This document shows, one piece after another, positions 44,560-55,969 of a stretch of DNA of 64,000 bases (within the stretch, counting starts at the first letter, position 1; each line of letters begins with the position of its first letter). Position numbers and translations under genes: made by a program. Under the pieces are notes generated by a model. It ran no database searches and was not told the origin of the DNA. It saw only the letters and a program-made list of their open reading frames with translations. The stretch comes from Epithemia pelagica (Eukaryota > Protista > Bacillariophyta): NCBI GenBank assembly GCA_946965045.2, contig OX337240.1, positions 2,976,001-3,040,000 on the forward strand, read 5' to 3'.

Positions 44560-47500
44560 ACATCTCCGTAGAACTCAGCTCAATCACATTCTTCCTTGAA
44601 TGCGCGCATATCCACATCGGGATAGGTCGGATCGAATGCCATTCTCGCATTATGCTTCCTCTTTAGGTAGGCAAAGAGATGAAAGATGGCAGTAAGGTGA
44701 CCCTCCCTTGGACTCGCAGTTTGAGACGCCAACAACGAGACCTCTGTCATGATGTCGACACGGCCTAGTTCCACCATCCATCGTAATACCCCAGTTTGTG
44801 ACTGGTAGAAGTTACGGCCTTTGTCGTCAAGCGTTTCTGTCGTGTCCATAACTGGGTCATAATCCAAGGGAAAAGGGTTCGCCGCGCGTTTCGTCAATTT
44901 CAATCCGTCGTACTCGGTTTCCAGATATGCCTCCACGTTGGCCACTGCTTCTTGGACATACTTGCTCGAACTTTTGCACCAACATTTAACCCCATTGGGC
45001 AATGTCATTTGACGAAGTTTCGCGCCAAGGTACATGTCCGGGTCACCTATGGATCCAGGCTTCATAGGGAAATAGTAGTCCAGTTCCTTGAGAAGTGACG
45101 TCGAATCGTGGGATATAGCTAGAACATCGTCGACATACAGCAAAACATAGGCATAGTATTTGTGCCCATCATCCGGTCGCGTCATCGGCTTCATCCATAG
45201 ATCTCGATCCGCACCTTGGCACGCCTCGTACCCAAGCGTCCGCATGCATGCCGCAAGATGGTTGCGGAAACTCGCACCAGCACTCTTCAAACCATATAAT
45301 GCACGGACAATATAAGCCCTCTTTCCGGCGTCCGAACCGAATTCTGGGCCCAACACGGTCCATATCTTCTCGGTGTTTGGTGCCGTCAGGTATGCGTTCT
45401 TGATATCCGATGATTTAACTTCCAAATCGTTAAGTGCCGCAAGTGTCAACGCGATTCGTACACTTTCTCTTGACACCACACTGGCATATGTGAGTGTCGC
45501 TGGAGCTTCTCGCCTGCGACAAAACGAGCTTTACGTCGAAAATCCTCCATCTTCACATCGAACACCATATGGCATCGAATCTCTTGGTAAGTCGGAAGAG
45601 GGGTCTCGTCATCTGCGAGGAGTTTGAATGCCACTCTCACGGCTTCAATCTCCTTTTCGATTGCCTTCCGCCACAGGTCGTTTCCATTCTTACGATCCAG
45701 CTCGTAGGCTTCTGCGACAGTCTTCGGAATCTCGATACCAAACTTGTGCGTTCGTTTATGGTACCGAGTGTTCTTGAGAGCCGAAAGGATCCGATCCCTC
45801 CGACGAAGAAACTTCTTGACCCACCAATTAAACGCTGGTTCATGGTCAATCTCTTTGGCAACGGCATATTCAGCCACCTCAATCGGATTCGATTCCTTGA
45901 GGCCAGCCAGTCTCTCCCACGTCGTCGTTCCGTCCTTCCATTGGCAGCAGAGTTGCCATCCTTTGGTCGTCTTGCGCTGGTGTCGTCGTCCCTTTACCAC
46001 GACGTATTGGTCCGACGTCGCCACTGCGTCTTTCGACTTCCGGTGGTCGACAATGCAATCCAACAACACGACATATTCAGCCACCTCAATCGGATTCGAT
46101 TCCTTGAGGCCAGCCAGTCTCTCCCACGTCGTCGTTCCGTCCTTCCATTGGCAGCAGAGTTGCCATCCTTTGGTCGTCTTGCGCTGGTGTCGTCGTCCCT
46201 TTACCACGACGTATTGGTCCGACGTCGCCACTGCGTCTTTCGACTTCCGGTGGTCGACAATGCAATCCAACAACACGAACTGGTTCCCATCGACGTCGCA
46301 TTGGGAGTACATATTTTCGGCAATCACGTTTGCCGCGTATTCAGAGACCTCGCCGTCGGGGAACTCAACAACATACATCCTTGTATCAAGAATTGGATTC
46401 TGATGAGCGGTCCCCTGGAGCTTGCCATCGCCGTCCTTCGATCGTCGCTTCACCTTGCCCGTGACCATTTCACTCCCTTTCGGCAACAAGACATCCGCAC
46501 CGACGTAGTTGTCGAATGTATCGGGTGTAATGTCGTCAACATCTGGAGTTTCCTTCGGTCTAGGATCATCATCATCCTCATAGGGCTCATACGTAGGCGT
46601 TTCAATGTCAACTAGACCATCGTATTCATCGGCCTTAGCCGACTTGCCTAGCTTTTCCTTCACGGTAGCATCATATTCCGCTTGCTTCCGGAGGACGTTC
46701 TCGTCACGCAATTCATCCGCGTTCAAATGTCGGTACGTCGACCGAACCTTGATCATTCCCGACTCAGCTAGGATCTTCGCGGCTTGAGCTGGTCCCATAT
46801 CGGTAGCTGGACCTAGGTACCGTCCTAGCTTTTCCTTATCCTCAGGGTAGCTTGCCGCCAAATCAAAGTAGTACACCCAATCGTACCAACCATATCCAGC
46901 CAGTAGGGAGATGTCGTAGGTTTCGCCTTTCATGATTGTCTCTGGGACTTGTCCCGCCAGCTCGAAATTACTATTGCATGTTGCCGAGCGCACAAGGGCA
47001 TACCATTCGAGACAATGGTCCCACAGGACCTTAGGCGATCTTGTTGCCACCATGTGTCGTCCAGTTCCTCTCTTGAGTTCGCAAATAGCTCCTTCAGCGG
47101 CATTTGACTATGGTGTGTATGGTTCTAGTTGCTTGACGTGGCACCCTGCCTCTCTTGCTTTCTTCCTAAACTTCCCTTTCACTTGTTCGTTAGCTGCGTC
47201 CATGACGAGTTCGGTTGGCCTTCCTTCCCGTTGAAACAGCAAGGACAATGCTTCATGGGCTTCCGACTTCGTTGTCATTGGGTATGCTCTTGTCCACCCC
47301 GATCTAGACGTGAACACCTGAGCACATGTATTACCCAACCTAGACTTCGTTTCGGAGAACATAGTGTCGGTAAACAAGGCATGAGGTAGCACCTTGTACC
47401 GATGGTAGCGGTCGTTGGTCGTAAACCGCTTTGTACCGATGGTAGCGGTCGTTGGTCGTAAACCGCTTCGTCAAAGGGTTGAGAGTAGTTCGAATGCCTC

Positions 47501-48266
47501 GTTGGGTTGTAACTCGGATCGTGTTGGCTGCCTTCTCTAGCCCACATCCCCATCTCTTTGCTAGGGTGCTAGCGTCGATAGCACTACCAGACGGTAGCGT
47601 TTTGGTCACAGCCAGCACTGACTCGCGGGATTGAATAGCCATGGTGATGTCATCTTCCGGACGTGCATCGAAATCAAAATCGCCATAGTAATCCAACGGT
47701 CCCCTTGCACGTACGGTAGATATAAGTATGTCGTCCGAATCACGCATAGAAGACTCGCGAGCAGCATAAGTGTCATCTTGAGGATCCCAAATCGGGTCGG
47801 GGCTGGTCAAGTCAAAATGGCGGCATGTGTCAAGTTCTTGTTGGGAAGGTTTACGCGTGGGGAAGTAGGAGGTTACGCCATGCAAGTCCATTGGGATTAC
47901 CAACTCCTCATCGGCGTCATCATCTCGTAACACCATCGCATGCGTCCGTACATCGGGATTATCAGCCAAGAATTTCGGTGTCTCCGAAAGCTTGACGTCA
48001 TTCAACCAAAGCTGCATGGGGCATAACAGATTATGATTTAACGATGGTATATAAATGGCTTGATGAATCGTGAGAATGATGACCTCCCCTGAGGGGCAAT
48101 CATAGGCAATAGCAGCACTAGCTGTCTTGCAACCGCCATGCACGACTCCTTGCGATGAATCATAACCCCGTACGTCCACCGCCCGACCGTAATCCTGTAC
48201 AATCAAAACCGACTTCCCAACCACACATGTGTCCGCATGACTATCCAACTCGGTGCGACATTCCAT
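44560..48266 (-). pseudogene. pol: Copia pol (protease, integrase, RT), disrupted
   Basis: ELDSHADTC; LFTDT, LVMDAA, EGAIRELK; DIKNAYL, RALYGLKS, LYVDDVL; stops, frameshifts, a 207-bp in-frame duplication (45865-46278) and a 37-bp duplication (47394-47467). Confidence 0.93.
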
Positions 48267-48323
48267 GTCATCGGAACGAACAAGTGCACCAACCCTGGCC
48301 GTTCGAAGTGATAAGGCATGGCC

Positions 48324-49835
48324 TCAGTTCCGCTTCTTTTGTCTGGTAAGCGCCAGGTTGTCCCGATTGGATTCGTCACTCTTCCTCTTGGCAGGTGGTT
48401 TAGCGTCCGAGTCACTGTCTGATTCGGAAAAGGCATTCTCAGGAGGCGGTTCCAGCACAACCTTTGCCAGAGCCGCAATATTTCGACGAAACTTCTTGGA
48501 CATAATCTTGGTGGTCTTGTCTTTCTTATCCTTGCCTTCGCCACGGGCCGCCCGCATTTCCTTGAGTTTCTTCTTCGCAGCATTCGAGAGTTTCCTGTAT
48601 TCGTCAATCTTGTAGTACCGGTCCTCGACGTGGTCACTTTTTCCCTTTCCCCCGTTCGGTTTCTTGTTGCCGTCCCCTTTTGTCCCGATTGCCGACACCT
48701 GCGATTGATTCGTCGTAGGGCGTTGCGCTAGGAAATCCTTGAATAAGGACACAGCCCTAGTGAAGTCCGTCTGGAGGGCGTCGTCTGACATGATCCTCGT
48801 CTTCACGGCCTGGAACATGTCCGTCTTGATCCCATCCATTAGGTGGCGGACCTTGGACCGTTCATCCAGTCCGGTATGGACGCCCTGTTGACGCAACCCC
48901 TCGAGAATAGCATGTTGGTTGACATGAATACGGCAATATTTCTCGAAATTGAACCGTTTCTGTTCGCCATTGTACGTAGTATTCATCAACTTCCGCTCGG
49001 CCTCATTCGCAAGGTTGTTTGCGTTGTTGGGCCCCAAATAGTGATCGAATAGGGCTCGGTAGGCGGCACGCCCGTCCCGGTTGCGGCGCGCTTTCCTGAT
49101 GTAGGTCGCACAATCAAGTTTCTCGCACATGACGGACAGACGAAGCCAAACCTTCGTGCGATCCTGGAGATACTGACGCGTGTGTGCATCGGCCACAGTA
49201 TTGCCAATGCGGTGACGCGCACGAGCAATCATCTCCGCTTCCTCCGACTCATAACCTCCAGGTGGAGCCACTCCCGCAAACTCTTCGTCATGGATGACGT
49301 AGGCAAGCGGAATACCGGTGCAACCACGACATTCGGCAAAATATTCTTTAATTAATTCGATGTTCCGCGGCCAATCCTTCGCATCAAGTTCTGGCGCCTC
49401 CGGATCTTCGTGAGTCGCCTCATAATCCTTCAGATCCTTCATCGCACGGATGTTGGCAAGAGTCAACGCGTCGGGCATCGCAGGACAATCGACGCGGATG
49501 CGGTATCGAATGAAGTAACAGGCCAACTTGAGGTTTGTCTCAGCCACGATCGACACCTCATTGCCTGGATTCGGAACCGGAGCGTGTGGAGCACCCCCAT
49601 CCACAACAGCTGCAGCCGGCTGGACTCCTCCAGGGCGACGGACCGTCTTGCACAAGATAGAAACCCCTTCATCGTCCAAGTCGCGCAACGAATCGATGGA
49701 GTCGAGTCCCTGGCGGTCCACGAGGTAGTGAGCCGCAGAGTTCGAAAACTGGAGGCGGATGAAAGCCTGGCGCATAGCAGCAGGAGTAGCCATGATGGAA
49801 CAGAGGTAACCGAGGGAGAAAACTTGACGCAACAA
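48324..49835 (-). CDS. gag: Copia gag (intact ORF, 503 aa)
   Basis: CoDi-type gag motifs RDGRAAYRALFDHYLG, YNGEQKRFNFEKY, KVRHLMDGIK; first ORF after the 5' LTR. Confidence 0.85.
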   Translation of the reverse strand: MLRQVFSLGYLCSIMATPAAMRQAFIRLQFSNSAAHYLVDRQGLDSIDSLRDLDDEGVSILCKTVRRPGGVQPAAAVVDGGAPHAPVPNPGNEVSIVAETNLKLACYFIRYRIRVDCPAMPDALTLANIRAMKDLKDYEATHEDPEAPELDAKDWPRNIELIKEYFAECRGCTGIPLAYVIHDEEFAGVAPPGGYESEEAEMIARARHRIGNTVADAHTRQYLQDRTKVWLRLSVMCEKLDCATYIRKARRNRDGRAAYRALFDHYLGPNNANNLANEAERKLMNTTYNGEQKRFNFEKYCRIHVNQHAILEGLRQQGVHTGLDERSKVRHLMDGIKTDMFQAVKTRIMSDDALQTDFTRAVSLFKDFLAQRPTTNQSQVSAIGTKGDGNKKPNGGKGKSDHVEDRYYKIDEYRKLSNAAKKKLKEMRAARGEGKDKKDKTTKIMSKKFRRNIAALAKVVLEPPPENAFSESDSDSDAKPPAKRKSDESNRDNLALTRQKKRN

Positions 49836-50685
49836 TCAAACTCGAACTTTCCTTGAAAAGTGATCTCTCCGAGTGGCAAAACAAGTGGATGAGGAAATCA
49901 AAATGCCGTAGAAACATTACGGTAGCCTACAAGGATTCGGATCTCGCTTCGGTTGCAATCTTGCCAACCGTAACGGGACCGTACCCACATGAGCTTTGGC
50001 CGAAAGGGCCATTGCTCGCACTCCATGAATTTTCCCTCCAACTGATGAGTCTCCAGCCACTCTAGGCTGGTTTCCCATCCATTCATCCTAAGTAGTTGCG
50101 TCCACTTAGGTCGAAAGGACAAAAGGGATAACAAAACATAAAATGTGAGACCAGTCTGACCAGCGAATGCACACACACTGTACTTATTCTAAAATTTTTG
50201 GCACTGTGGGCCAGACAGTAGGTCCCATGCGTTGGAGAAAACTGAACGGAGCACCATTTGTTCCTATGCCCTTAAGCCGACGGCGGTCCGAATCATCCCA
50301 GGAATCTTCCCCGGACATTTTCTTAAGGTTAGTGTAGACGAAACACATATAACCCATCAGATTCCAACCGTCGCGACGAATTCCGCAACCATGGCGGAGC
50401 GAATTCACTGGGGTGGAACCAGTTGGGTGAGCCGTCGCTCATCCCATCATTGCACCTTAATTGTGCATCGCAATCGGTAGCGCCATTCCATGTAGCGTAC
50501 CGATGACAAGGGCCTGCTCACGTCCACTCACGTGCGCAATAGTGGTCACACTTGTCCACTTCGGTCAATTGGGTAAGGATCGACCAGTCACAGCCACGAG
50601 GGCCTGCCAGGCATAGGAAACCTGTTGTAGGTACCATCCGACTCCATTCGGATGGTTCAATGCTTGCTATTTGGGTCTGATAAAC

Positions 50686-50827
50686 TAAGAAAACTGTGCC
50701 GTGTCCATACGTTGCACAGTCATCGTTTCCAAAGCTCCAATAACAAAAAAGAGTGATCTAAACTTAGGAGTGCATTAATCTACTCCCCATCTGTTAACCA
50801 CGTACCACCTACGGACGGTATTTTTCA
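50686..50827 (-). repeat. 5' LTR of the copia element
   Basis: Identical to 22256-22397; lies upstream of gag on minus. Confidence 0.92.
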
Positions 50828-51039
50828 TCTCCACACCAGCTGCTGGGACTCATGGATCGCACATAGACTTGTGGACGGACGGACCGACGGACGAAAGATG
50901 TTTTGTCACACAACACACAACTGCTATGTTATGCTATACACCTCTTTCATTTTGGTTCGGGTAGTAGAGGGAGAGAGAGCGTGGTACTCATCCTATGTTA
51001 GAGTAGTATGCCGAGACGGACGGTTCCTGGTGCGTTGTA

Positions 51040-51401
51040 TGAAACAACAAAGAGACAGATGAGCAAAAGGTCTACGAATAAACTTCTACAAGTAAGTTTG
51101 TGGTGGTTTCGAATGCACATGGTTCTCTCTTTGTTGGTTTCTCTTGGTGTGGTGCACATGCGTCGGATGGAACAACAAAGAGACAGATGAGCAAAAGGTC
51201 TACTAATATACCTCTACAAGTAAGTTTGTGGTGGTTTCGAATGCACATGGTTCTCTCTTTGTTGGTTTCTCTTGGTGTGGTGCACATGCGTCGTATGGGA
51301 CAACAAAGAGACAGATGAGCAAAAGGTCTACGAATAAACCTCTACAAGTAAGTTTGTGGTGCTTTCGAATGCACATGGTTCTCTCTTTGTTGGTTTCTCT
51401 T
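51040..51401. repeat. 128-bp tandem repeat, about 2.8 units
   Basis: ACAACAAAGAGACAGATGAGCAAAAGG at about 51044, 51172 and 51300. Confidence 0.9.
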
Positions 51402-51845
51402 GATGCGATCCCCCAAGGGATCCAACATCCAAAAACAAGCAGGGTGGATTTCAAGACGTTTGTATAGTGGCATCGCCAGGCCACCCATGCATCCGCAGTG
51501 TCGTCTCATTGTTGGTGTCATGGTGCCCAAGCAGCAGCAGCAACAATGAAAGTAAAAAAGGTGGAGGCTGGACTGTTGGTCCTTTCGGTGGGGATCCGGC
51601 CAAAGCAATCCTCACTCACTCACTCACCCGAACCCGCAACAGCATCATGTTGTGAAGTTCCATTATATGTACAACAACCACAACAACGTCTTCCTTCCCC
51701 AACTCCTGTTGCGGACAACCAGCAAGACCTGCCATGACTCTACTGGCTTTTCGGATAGGTATCCTATGCCATGCCAGCGACACGACCATGGCATCCAAAG
51801 ATTCTCCTCACTCGCCATCACATCGATCACACCTCTTGTGTATCT

Positions 51846-52005
51846 ATGTTCCACCGGCCGTGGCGGCCGTGCTTGTTCGTGATTTGCCAACCTTGGCCTC
51901 ATGGGGTGTCATCTCCATTGTAGCGACGTTACTCGTGACTGTGGCTTTGTGGATTGTGGTCATTCTCCTCCATTCTAGCATCGACCGACGCAACGAATAA
52001 CACAA
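51846..52005 (+). pseudogene. Remnant of the amino-acid transporter C-terminus (inverted copy)
   Basis: PPAVAAVLVRDLPTLAS...LLVTVA...SIDRRNE matches the end of 58507-60501 with an internal deletion. Confidence 0.8.
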
Positions 52006-52029
52006 GAGTCCAAACCACATGGAGGACTC

Positions 52030-52868
52030 TATCCTGCGCGATTCCGTTCGCATCCCAAAAAGCCATGGAGGGATCACGAGGAGGAAGAAGACGAAAACTC
52101 GAAACGAGGTGGATTCTCCAGCAATAAATGCCACCGATCCAGGACGGGATCCAAAAACGTGCGATCCTCGTCGAGTCGTTGCTAAACGGCACCACCAGGA
52201 GAAGGGTCCACAAAGTAGGAGGGTTGTCCATAAAATTCATTGACCGTGCCAAATTCCGACAGCCAGTGGGACAAGACTCGAAACTTGTCCTGGACGGGCC
52301 AACCCTGCATCATTGAATTCCGGATCAAGGACGCCACGGAAGGAACCACACGGATCGTCCAAAACCTCTGTTCCAAGGCCTGGTTCCAAAGAGCCGGGTC
52401 CTCCCACACAAGGTCTGCATCCAGACCTCCTCGACGGCTGTCACACCAGTGGGAGGCACGAGGATGAGGCAAGACACAATATTGCAGTTCCTCCTGTTTG
52501 GATGGATATTGGATCGACGCCAAGGTAGGCCCATCAAAGTAGGAGAGTGATGAACTTGTTCCACTGACAGTGGGCAATCCTCGTTGAGCCCACCGTACAT
52601 CCACCAGAGCCGGTTCCTGAAAGAACTCGGCAAAGGTTTGCCGATTCTTGAAGGCTATTCGAAATTCCCATTGACCCATGAATTGACCATGACCGCCATC
52701 GTAGGTTCTCATACCGACCATGCCATGGTCTTGCAAGATTTCTTCGTATCGAAACAACAACAAATCGGTCGCATCGGGTCGATGGTGAGGCGTTTGTTGG
52801 TTGTTTTGACATGGCGCGCATGTATATATGCCTGCTGTGTGCCCGCCTTGGAGCAGCAGCAGTCGCAT
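52030..52868 (-). pseudogene. Hypothetical gene copy A (premature TAG at 52182)
   Basis: High similarity to 58015-58532; TAG where copy B has TCG, and homology continues beyond it. Confidence 0.65.
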
Positions 52869-52871
52869 ATC

Positions 52872-52873
<2 letters not shown>

Positions 52874-52911
<38 letters not shown>

Positions 52912-53760
52912 GAGAGAGAGGGAGGGAGGAGCAGCAGTAGAGATGTGTTTCTTCAGAGAGAGAGAGAGAGTCATCACCGGACAAACCAAACAGAGGAACC
53001 AGATACAACGGATGGACGACATTCTATGGCTCGCAAAACCATGCGTTCTATTACACACCATGTCGGTGTCTCTCTTGAAACCCGACACACACACTACCGT
53101 AACAGGAACGCGAAGCGGCGAAGCGAACCATCTCGTCGTGACGTGGTTCGCAAAACCATGCCTTGCGCACACCCCAAAAAAAAAGACTTGGAGGAACCAG
53201 CAAAATGCAGTGCATAATAGTATATACGTCTGGTGTGATTGGTGGACGCCTTGGAGGAGCAGCAGTAGAAAGAATATGTTCATTGAGAGAGAATCAAACA
53301 ACGAGGAACCAGACACAATACCGTGAGGAACGCGAAGCGAACCATCTCGTGATGTATAATGTAATTCGCAAAACCATTTTTTCGAAACAACCAAAAAAAA
53401 AACAATGCGGCGCATGTGCATGTATGCCTTTGAGCAGCAGTTTAGAGATTGTCATCCCAAGAGAGAATCATCCCTGGATGAAACCAAAAAGAGGGACCAT
53501 ACATCACAACAACTCAAGGAACGCGAAGCGAACCATCTCGTCATATGGTTCGCTAAAACCTGCGCTCCACCCACCCAACAAAACAGTTGCAACAAGCCAT
53601 GCGGCGCATGTCGGCACACCTTGGAGGAGCAGTATTATAGATGTTCATCCAGGGAGAATCCAGTTTCAGAAAGAGGACCAGATACAACAATGGATGGAAC
53701 GCGAAGCGAACCATCTCGTCAAAACATCACACCATGTCGCTCTCACAAAAAAAGGCAAAC
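52874..53760. repeat. (AG)n tract followed by degenerate repeats of about 200 bp
   Basis: GCGAAGCGAACCATCTCGT recurs at about 53118, 53333, 53523 and 53701. Confidence 0.65.
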
Positions 53761-54094
53761 GAGATTGCAAGACACGGTGAAACGAAAGAATCAAGAAATT
53801 TGGCTAACAGAGGGACGAATCATTGCGAAAGAACGGAGCGGTGAATGGCAACTAAGAGATTGGAAGATACTGAAACGAACGAACGAACGCACGAAATTTG
53901 GCAAACGGAGGGACTAACAGCGAAAAAACGGCGCGGCGAATAGCCACTTAGAGATATTGGAAGACAACGAAAAAAAAAAGAAATTTGGCAAACGGAGGGA
54001 CGAATCATTGCGAAAGAACGGAGGGACGAATAGCAAATCTGTGGAACACGAGAAGCAAACTTGGACGGCAAAACGACGACATTGACACATACAC

Positions 54095-55969
54095 ATGGCG
54101 CATTGGACGAGAAAACGTCTCTTTCCGAGTTGGCGGTGGTGTTGGAAAGGCCTCGCACTGATTGTGGTGGCGAGCTACTCCGGTTCGTGTTCCACATTCG
54201 CCAATCCATGGAATGGTACCAGAGTACGGGGCCACAGCCCCGAAACGGTTCATCCGTTGCGGGGTTTGCGACGAGCCAAGAAAGGGCACGACAAGAAAGG
54301 ATCCAGCAAGAAGGCTTCTACGGTACGTACCTTTATCATCCTCCAAAGAATCCTGCTTCTACTCTGTATGTTCTCACCTGTTGTTTTCTTTGTGGCATAT
54401 TGTAAGCCGCCTGAGGTAGTAGAGCAAGTACCGGGAAAGGACGTATGCCACGTTTCACCGAATGAAACAGCCGTTTTCTATACCAAAACAATCGCAGAGA
54501 CTCAAGTCGAGGCTTATCTCCAAGAGGGTGGTTTGCTTGGCGAATGCAGCAACCACTGTGACGTACTCTGCGATGATGGGAACATGTGCACTCGAGATCA
54601 TGTTCCAGGATACGATTGCGAAGCTTCGGGGTGCCCACTCACTCGCCCTACAATGGATTGCGACGATCAAAACGATTGGACGGTGGACTCCTGTGACGAT
54701 AGCGTCGGCTGTGTACATGAGTGTACATCTCTTCCGCGTTTGTGCTCGTTGGCGCAACCATCAGCTTCGTCGAGAACTTCTTTAAAGGCAGAACCTTGCG
54801 CCTTTGCTCTATCCGCACCCCAAGACGAAGAAATCAATGCCCGGCGCCAGCTCATCAAAGATTTGGTTTCGCGGTCAAATGGGCGTTATACCGTTGAAAT
54901 GATTCTTTCGAACCAACTCAACCGCAAAAGCAACCCGGGTATCAGTGCAATGCACACTGTTCGTATGACAACTCACGCCGTATCGGGATTCCGGTTTAAT
55001 AGTGGTGACGAGAAGGTCAGCTACTGGTATCCTCAGGGCATCTCGGGTACATGGGATGCTACCATGGATAGACGCGTTGGATGCAACGGCATGACGCGTG
55101 AAGCAATGCTTGTGAGCTGGTACCACAAGACTTCCGGCAGGCCGACCAAGGGTGCTCGTGTCTCCCTCATGGACACAACCTATCCTGAAAGTGTTCGTTA
55201 TCGTCACATGTTGCTGGTTGAGCCATACAACGACACAGAGACCGGGCCAAATTACCGCCCAGTGTGGAGCGAAAAAGACAACGACGAGGACAATGCCCTT
55301 CATGCTGGCGGGATTGTGTGGTGGGGGGATCTCTTGTACGTGGCCGATACGTACGGGGGCCTCCGAGTCTTTGATTTGGCTTCGATCATGCGTATTCACG
55401 ACTCGGATAAATCCGAGATCGGCGTCTCTGGAAAAGGCTTCAGTGCACATGGTTATAAGTTCATTGTACCCGAGATTGCACGGTACAAGCTAGACGAGGC
55501 ATCGTGTCCAGTGAGATTCAGCTTCGTTTCACTTGACCGCTCAAGCGACCCACCCGCGCTCGTTACTGGAGAGTACAAGGAAGACAGCCTGGACGGGCGC
55601 ATCTTGGTGTGGTCGCTAGATCCTGCGACTGGCTTCATCGACGTTCCCACATCTGGACCCATTCGCCCGGAAGCCACATACGTTGGAGGACATTCAAAGA
55701 TGCAAGGTGCCACCCGTTATGACGGCTTGTTTTATATATCCTCGTCGAGACAGAATGGAAAATTCGGTACTCTCTACAGGACGAACCTCGGCCATGTTTC
55801 GAGTACCGACACTGAGTGGGTATATGGGGCCGAAGACCTTTACATAACACGAGGCAAGCATTTGATCTGGACCGTGGCGGAGCACCCTGGCTATCGCGAC
55901 GTCCTTGGAATCCCCATGTCTGGAATTCCTAAAACGTTGCCTTGTGGTGATGCAAAAAAATGCAGATGA
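54095..55969 (+). CDS. Secreted protein with Cys-rich CDD..CT.D repeats and a bacterial-type beta-propeller-like domain
   Basis: Signal-like N-terminus; CDDGNMCTRD and CDDQNDWTVDSC...GC; WYPQGI, RYRHMLLVEP, HAGGIVW, YVADT..GLRVFD, MQGA, GAEDL; possible intron from GTACGT at about 54324. Confidence 0.75.
   Translation: MAHWTRKRLFPSWRWCWKGLALIVVASYSGSCSTFANPWNGTRVRGHSPETVHPLRGLRRAKKGHDKKGSSKKASTVRTFIILQRILLLLCMFSPVVFFVAYCKPPEVVEQVPGKDVCHVSPNETAVFYTKTIAETQVEAYLQEGGLLGECSNHCDVLCDDGNMCTRDHVPGYDCEASGCPLTRPTMDCDDQNDWTVDSCDDSVGCVHECTSLPRLCSLAQPSASSRTSLKAEPCAFALSAPQDEEINARRQLIKDLVSRSNGRYTVEMILSNQLNRKSNPGISAMHTVRMTTHAVSGFRFNSGDEKVSYWYPQGISGTWDATMDRRVGCNGMTREAMLVSWYHKTSGRPTKGARVSLMDTTYPESVRYRHMLLVEPYNDTETGPNYRPVWSEKDNDEDNALHAGGIVWWGDLLYVADTYGGLRVFDLASIMRIHDSDKSEIGVSGKGFSAHGYKFIVPEIARYKLDEASCPVRFSFVSLDRSSDPPALVTGEYKEDSLDGRILVWSLDPATGFIDVPTSGPIRPEATYVGGHSKMQGATRYDGLFYISSSRQNGKFGTLYRTNLGHVSSTDTEWVYGAEDLYITRGKHLIWTVAEHPGYRDVLGIPMSGIPKTLPCGDAKKCR

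Larger units (their letters stand above)
22256..50827 (-). mobile_element. Ty1/copia (CoDi-like) LTR retrotransposon of about 7.1 kb, interrupted by a 21.5-kb DNA transposon
   Basis: Identical LTRs at 22256-22397 and 50686-50827; PPT-like GAGGGGAC (minus) before the 3' LTR; TCTC on both flanks; order gag-PR-IN-RT-RH on minus. Confidence 0.93.

Noticed and set aside
45494-46615. 373-aa plus-strand ORF
   Set aside because: Antisense shadow of copia pol, including its 207-bp duplication
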